NCBI GenBank assembly: GCA_046538485.1
Contig: JBKHIT010000013.1
Location: forward strand, 1 to 64,000
Direction of reading: 5' to 3'
Length of the DNA: 64,000 nt
Source: Candidatus Brocadiia bacterium
GTDB lineage: Bacteria > Planctomycetota > Brocadiia > SM23-32
A program made the position numbers and the translations under genes. Shown here piece by piece: positions 60,283-64,000 of the stretch (positions within the stretch are counted from its first letter, which is position 1; each line of letters begins with the position of its first letter). Under the pieces are notes generated by a model. That model saw nothing but the letters and a program-made list of their open reading frames with translations. It made no database searches and had not been told where the DNA came from.

Positions 60283-60628
60283 TATCTCCCCGAAAACGCG
60301 CCACAGTTGCCGCGAGATATTACAGAGCTGTAGGTCCGCATCGGCGAGGCGGACCTGCCTGAATGTTCCCGCGGCTTGCCCCGGCGATCGTCAGTTTTTT
60401 TGCATCGTAAGGCAGGAAACGGGACAGAGAACCATCGAGTCCCTTTTGTCACTTAAGTCCCTTCCGTCCCTTCCCGCGCAACCACGGGCCGCCTTGGGGC
60501 AAAGCTGCAGATCTCACTGCGTGTCAGGCGCCCTGCCAGCGCTCCGGCGCTGGCTCTGGAGTGCGGTGGGGAGTTCGGCTGCGCCGAACGGAGCACCGCT
60601 TTTCCTTTTCCTGGAAACACTCCCTCCA

Positions 60629-60668
60629 TTGAAACCTCCCCCGCCCACAGGTAGCATGTAAACAGTAC
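60629..60668 (+). promoter_or_regulatory. Degenerate copy of the regulon promoter/operator
   Basis: TTGAAACCTCCCC (as at 42095), 17 bp, TAGCATGTAAACAGTAC. Confidence 0.6.
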
Positions 60669-60713
60669 AAACGGAGGCCGTGGTCGGAATCTAAAACCGT
60701 CGAGGATTTTGTC

Positions 60714-63700
60714 ATGAAATTAGCCCATAATTTCCTGCTCCGCCGCCTGACGGTTCTCTCTGTCCTTGTTCTGCTGGCGGTTTCCCTTGTCCAATCCGCC
60801 CGTGCCGAGGGCAGACCGTTTCGCATTGTCCTCCCCGCCCCTGGCAGAATAAAGGGCCGGCCCACCACACATGAAAAAAACAGCGTCTGTCTGGCTCACT
60901 GGCTCAGGGACCGCTTTCGTGCCGACCCTCGTGTCCGAATCGTTGATCAAGGCTGGTCGGGGCCGGTTGTGGGAAACCTGCGAAGCGCGAAATGGGCTTC
61001 GCCTCCGAGAAATTTTCTGAAAACCGTATCGCATTATTTTCCCACCGACGCGGTCGTGGAGTTCGGATCCCGGGACGAGCAATTCGTCCTCAAACTCCAC
61101 CTCACCGACCGACCCGCCCCGGCGGAACTTACCATAAAGGAGGATCAATCGAGCAAACAGTTTTTCCAGAAGACCACGGATTTTCTTCTCACCGAACTGG
61201 ATTTGCCGGCAGAGTCTGAAAAATCCCTTGCGGAACCTCTCGGGGTGCCGTCGCGGACGTTGCGTGCTGTTTACCTCTCCCTCCAGCAGGTTCCCAACTG
61301 GAAATACACCACGGCCGAACCGCGCATCGAGATGCTCAAACCGCACCTGAAACACGTCGAAAAAAGCCCGCTCGTGGCTTACAGCATCGTGAAAGCGGGC
61401 GAAAAATTGACCACGGAACATAAGGAAGCTAAGAAACCAGAGTCGGTGATGCGCGTGGTGCGGGCCGTCTTCCCATTTTTGCTCGGGACTGAAAGAGAAA
61501 AAACCGCCTATAAATTCCTCCGCCGCAACCAGCACAATCGCGATTGGTTTGAAGAAGATTTTTTGAAGATGATAAAGCCTCTGGCGACCGATGAGATGGA
61601 TAAAATGCTTGGGGGGCCTGGCGGATTGGGTGGGGGAGTGGAAACTGGACAATCGGAAGGACCAGGGCCCGGCTCGAGCAGCCCTCTGGGACGACTGGTG
61701 GCCTACAAAGAATGGTCCCGCGCGCAAAGAGCGGGAGCGCTGCGATGTCTCGGCGTTCTCAAATCCGAAAAAGCATTTTCTGAGATACTGAAATGTGCTT
61801 CCCACGAAGATCCCGTTGTGAGATGTGCCGTGGCTTCCGCCCTGCAATTTTTTGAATCCGAAAAAAGCCAAAAAAGGCTACGGAAACTGGCCACCGACAA
61901 GGATCTCTCGGTCCGTCTTGCCGCTGGCTATGCTCTCTGGAAGCAGGAAGAGCAAGTCGAGGGTCTGCTGCCGCTCGCACGGAAAGTGCTGGAACGACAT
62001 TCCGGCAACGCACGTGCGCTGAAAATCATCAGCCAGACGGGCGAGAAGCAGGATAACGCTTTGCTTTGGGAACTCACCCGGAGTAAGGATCCCGACCTGG
62101 CGGTGCGGTCGGCTCGGCGACTTTTCGAACTGGGCGATGTCGACGATGAACAAATGCTTGAGCTGCTTACCTCGCACAGTTCGAGCGTGGTGCAGGCCGC
62201 GCTGGAAAATCTCAAAACCGATGCTTCGTCTGCGATCGTTGAGAGAGTTTTCGTTCTGGCGAATGGCCCCTTTGGGGAACTGGCCGACGTGGCCCGTTCC
62301 GCCCTCCGGCAGCTCTGCCCGGATGACCCGTCTGAAAGGCGTCGTTTTGAACTTCGCTACGAACATCTCTATGTGCGCCGACAGATCATCCGGAAGCTTG
62401 CGGAGTTGGGCGATCAGGAGAATATCGAGGCGCTCGAAGAAGCCTGCGGCAACTCTCATCCCCATGCCCGGGCGTATGCACTCAAACGTCTGGCTGAGAT
62501 CAGTCCCGAACGAGCCGCCGAGGCGATGGGGCCGCTTCTGACGGACCGCCATCGTTGGATTCAACTTCGCGCGGCCGCAGTCGCATCGAAAGTTGCACGA
62601 CCTGAAGATGCGAAAACGATCAAAGCAGCGATCGAAAAAGCCGCGGACAAATCGACTCGCCTTTATCTGAAAGATGCTCTGGCGAAAGCCGAAGACAAAC
62701 CAGCGCCGGAACCGGCCCGCGGTGCCAACAGAATCGATAGCCGGCGCTTGTTGCCGTCTCTCTGCGGGACGGGGCCCTACGCCCCCAAATCCCCGATGCA
62801 ACTTTACTACCAGCTCCACCTCCCGAAAGAAAAAGGCGGATACATAAAAGAAGCCCACGATAAGGGCAAGGTGATGATTACGCGCTGCAACTCCAGTATG
62901 AAGGGCGACCCTGCCCGCGTGCTGTTCCATCCCTACTGGCAGGACGGTTTCTGGCTGGGTATGGAAAGTGAGTTCATGGGCCGGCTCGATACGGTCGACG
63001 GAATCGTGCTGGGGGAGGAAACGATGTATTTCTTCCCGAAAGTCACATGGCGGCTGGGCGGCTGGCGGTATTTTTGCCGCGATGCCGGAATCGATCCCGA
63101 TCGGGTAAAAGGGGACAAAAGCAATCTGAACAAATATGAAATGCGCGCGTGGAAACACTGGGCACTGGAACGGTCCATCGAGGGATTCAACATGGCGGCC
63201 GACTACATCAAACTCCGTTTCGGGAAACTGCGTCCCGGATTCTGCGTCGGAACGTTTATGCCCCATCAGGCGGGCCCTAACCCGGCCGATCTCGACTGGC
63301 GTTTCGACGTCGCCGGTGGTTACTATTACCACACTTCCAACCGCCGAATGTACAGCCGGGTCAGGCGTTTCAAAACCCTCTGGCCCGATCGGCATGCTCT
63401 GTGGCTTGTGTATGGATGCGGCGCCGCCGGAGGTTTCAGCGCTGTCAAATATAATCGGAAGGTGCCTGAAAATCCTTTGTCCAACCGTAGATATCGGGGT
63501 TACGCCGATGCTGTCAGCGTGTGGCTCGCGGGCGGAATGCCCGGTTGGTTCAGCAGCTGGCTGTTCACCCGGAGGGACGTCGATGAATCCGGCACCTGGG
63601 TCGGACCGGAAAGCATCTACAAAGAGAGCGAAATTCTGGACGAAGGAATTCGGACCTGTTTCAGCGGCCTGAAGGAATTCTACAGGAACAAAGACGCGCT

Positions 63701-64000
63701 CGAAGGGCTCCGTGAAGGCACCGCGGAGGAAGAAGGCGAGTTGGATCTCGAGGGAGATGATGGCGGCCTCGATATAGAACTTGGGGAGGAGGACAAAGAA
63801 GAAACCGAGATTGCGCAACGGATCGAAGAACAGAAGAAACGTCTCCGCTACGGATTCCACTACGAACGGAGGCGAATCTTCGATGCCGCCCGGTTGCTCC
63901 ATAGCCTCCCGCCGCCGAAGGGCAATTACCCCGTTCTCCTGGTCAAAGTCGACAGAGCTATACCGGGGTTCCGTCTGTTCAACCGCTACGATTTTATCTT
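60714..64000 (+). CDS. Large exported HEAT-repeat + putative hydrolase protein, 3'-truncated by the window; paralog of 25538; absent from the ORF track
   Basis: Translated by hand in parts: MKLAHNFLLRRLTVLSVLVLLAVSLVQSARA; HEDPVVRCAVASAL, DKDLSVRLAA; DGIVLGEE; same frame at 61560 and at the window end. Confidence 0.8.
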   Translation, partial: MKLAHNFLLRRLTVLSVLVLLAVSLVQSARAEGRPFRIVLPAPGRIKGRPTTHEKNSVCLAHWLRDRFRADPRVRIVDQGWSGPVVGNLRSAKWASPPRNFLKTVSHYFPTDAVVEFGSRDEQFVLKLHLTDRPAPAELTIKEDQSSKQFFQKTTDFLLTELDLPAESEKSLAEPLGVPSRTLRAVYLSLQQVPNWKYTTAEPRIEMLKPHLKHVEKSPLVAYSIVKAGEKLTTEHKEAKKPESVMRVVRAVFPFLLGTEREKTAYKFLRRNQHNRDWFEEDFLKMIKPLATDEMDKMLGGPGGLGGGVETGQSEGPGPGSSSPLGRLVAYKEWSRAQRAGALRCLGVLKSEKAFSEILKCASHEDPVVRCAVASALQFFESEKSQKRLRKLATDKDLSVRLAAGYALWKQEEQVEGLLPLARKVLERHSGNARALKIISQTGEKQDNALLWELTRSKDPDLAVRSARRLFELGDVDDEQMLELLTSHSSSVVQAALENLKTDASSAIVERVFVLANGPFGELADVARSALRQLCPDDPSERRRFELRYEHLYVRRQIIRKLAELGDQENIEALEEACGNSHPHARAYALKRLAEISPERAAEAMGPLLTDRHRWIQLRAAAVASKVARPEDAKTIKAAIEKAADKSTRLYLKDALAKAEDKPAPEPARGANRIDSRRLLPSLCGTGPYAPKSPMQLYYQLHLPKEKGGYIKEAHDKGKVMITRCNSSMKGDPARVLFHPYWQDGFWLGMESEFMGRLDTVDGIVLGEETMYFFPKVTWRLGGWRYFCRDAGIDPDRVKGDKSNLNKYEMRAWKHWALERSIEGFNMAADYIKLRFGKLRPGFCVGTFMPHQAGPNPADLDWRFDVAGGYYYHTSNRRMYSRVRRFKTLWPDRHALWLVYGCGAAGGFSAVKYNRKVPENPLSNRRYRGYADAVSVWLAGGMPGWFSSWLFTRRDVDESGTWVGPESIYKESEILDEGIRTCFSGLKEFYRNKDALEGLREGTAEEEGELDLEGDDGGLDIELGEEDKEETEIAQRIEEQKKRLRYGFHYERRRIFDAARLLHSLPPPKGNYPVLLVKVDRAIPGFRLFNRYDFI

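Noticed and set aside
7921..63902. Long minus-strand ORFs (7921-9180, 17625-19415, 43481-45604, 58159-60249, 60720-61871, 61878-63902)
   Set aside because: Antisense shadows of well-supported + strand genes in GC-rich DNA, with no recognisable motifs
1..64000. tRNA, rRNA or known riboswitch
   Set aside because: None recognised by eye; tRNAscan and Rfam scans would be needed to exclude them

Overview
GC-rich bacterial DNA, most likely from the PVC superphylum (Planctomycetota/Lentisphaerae/Kiritimatiellae-like; inferred from the DUF1559-type prepilins, not proven). Almost the whole window is one co-oriented (+ strand) cluster resembling a polysaccharide utilisation locus. It contains: a GntR/LacI-hybrid regulator; six prepilin-like proteins with an invariant [24 protein letters not shown] stalk and divergent heads; ten large exported proteins (DUF4838, DUF4838+FGE-fold, unknown-core+PKD+LamG, HEAT+putative hydrolase, DUF6067-like, a putative lipoprotein), mostly paralog pairs; and enzymes with no signal peptide (five Cys-type sulfatases, GH31, heparinase II/III-like, YesU, GxGYxYP, UroD-like, DUF3604). 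I found no transporter. Six sigma70-type promoters (five clear, one degenerate) share an operator-like motif over the -10 box, suggesting one regulon. Spacers hold several REP-like repeat families, a 271-bp MITE and a vapBC module (the only credible minus-strand genes). A large CDS at 60714 runs off the window end and is missing from the ORF track. All family calls come from motif recognition by eye; no searches were run.
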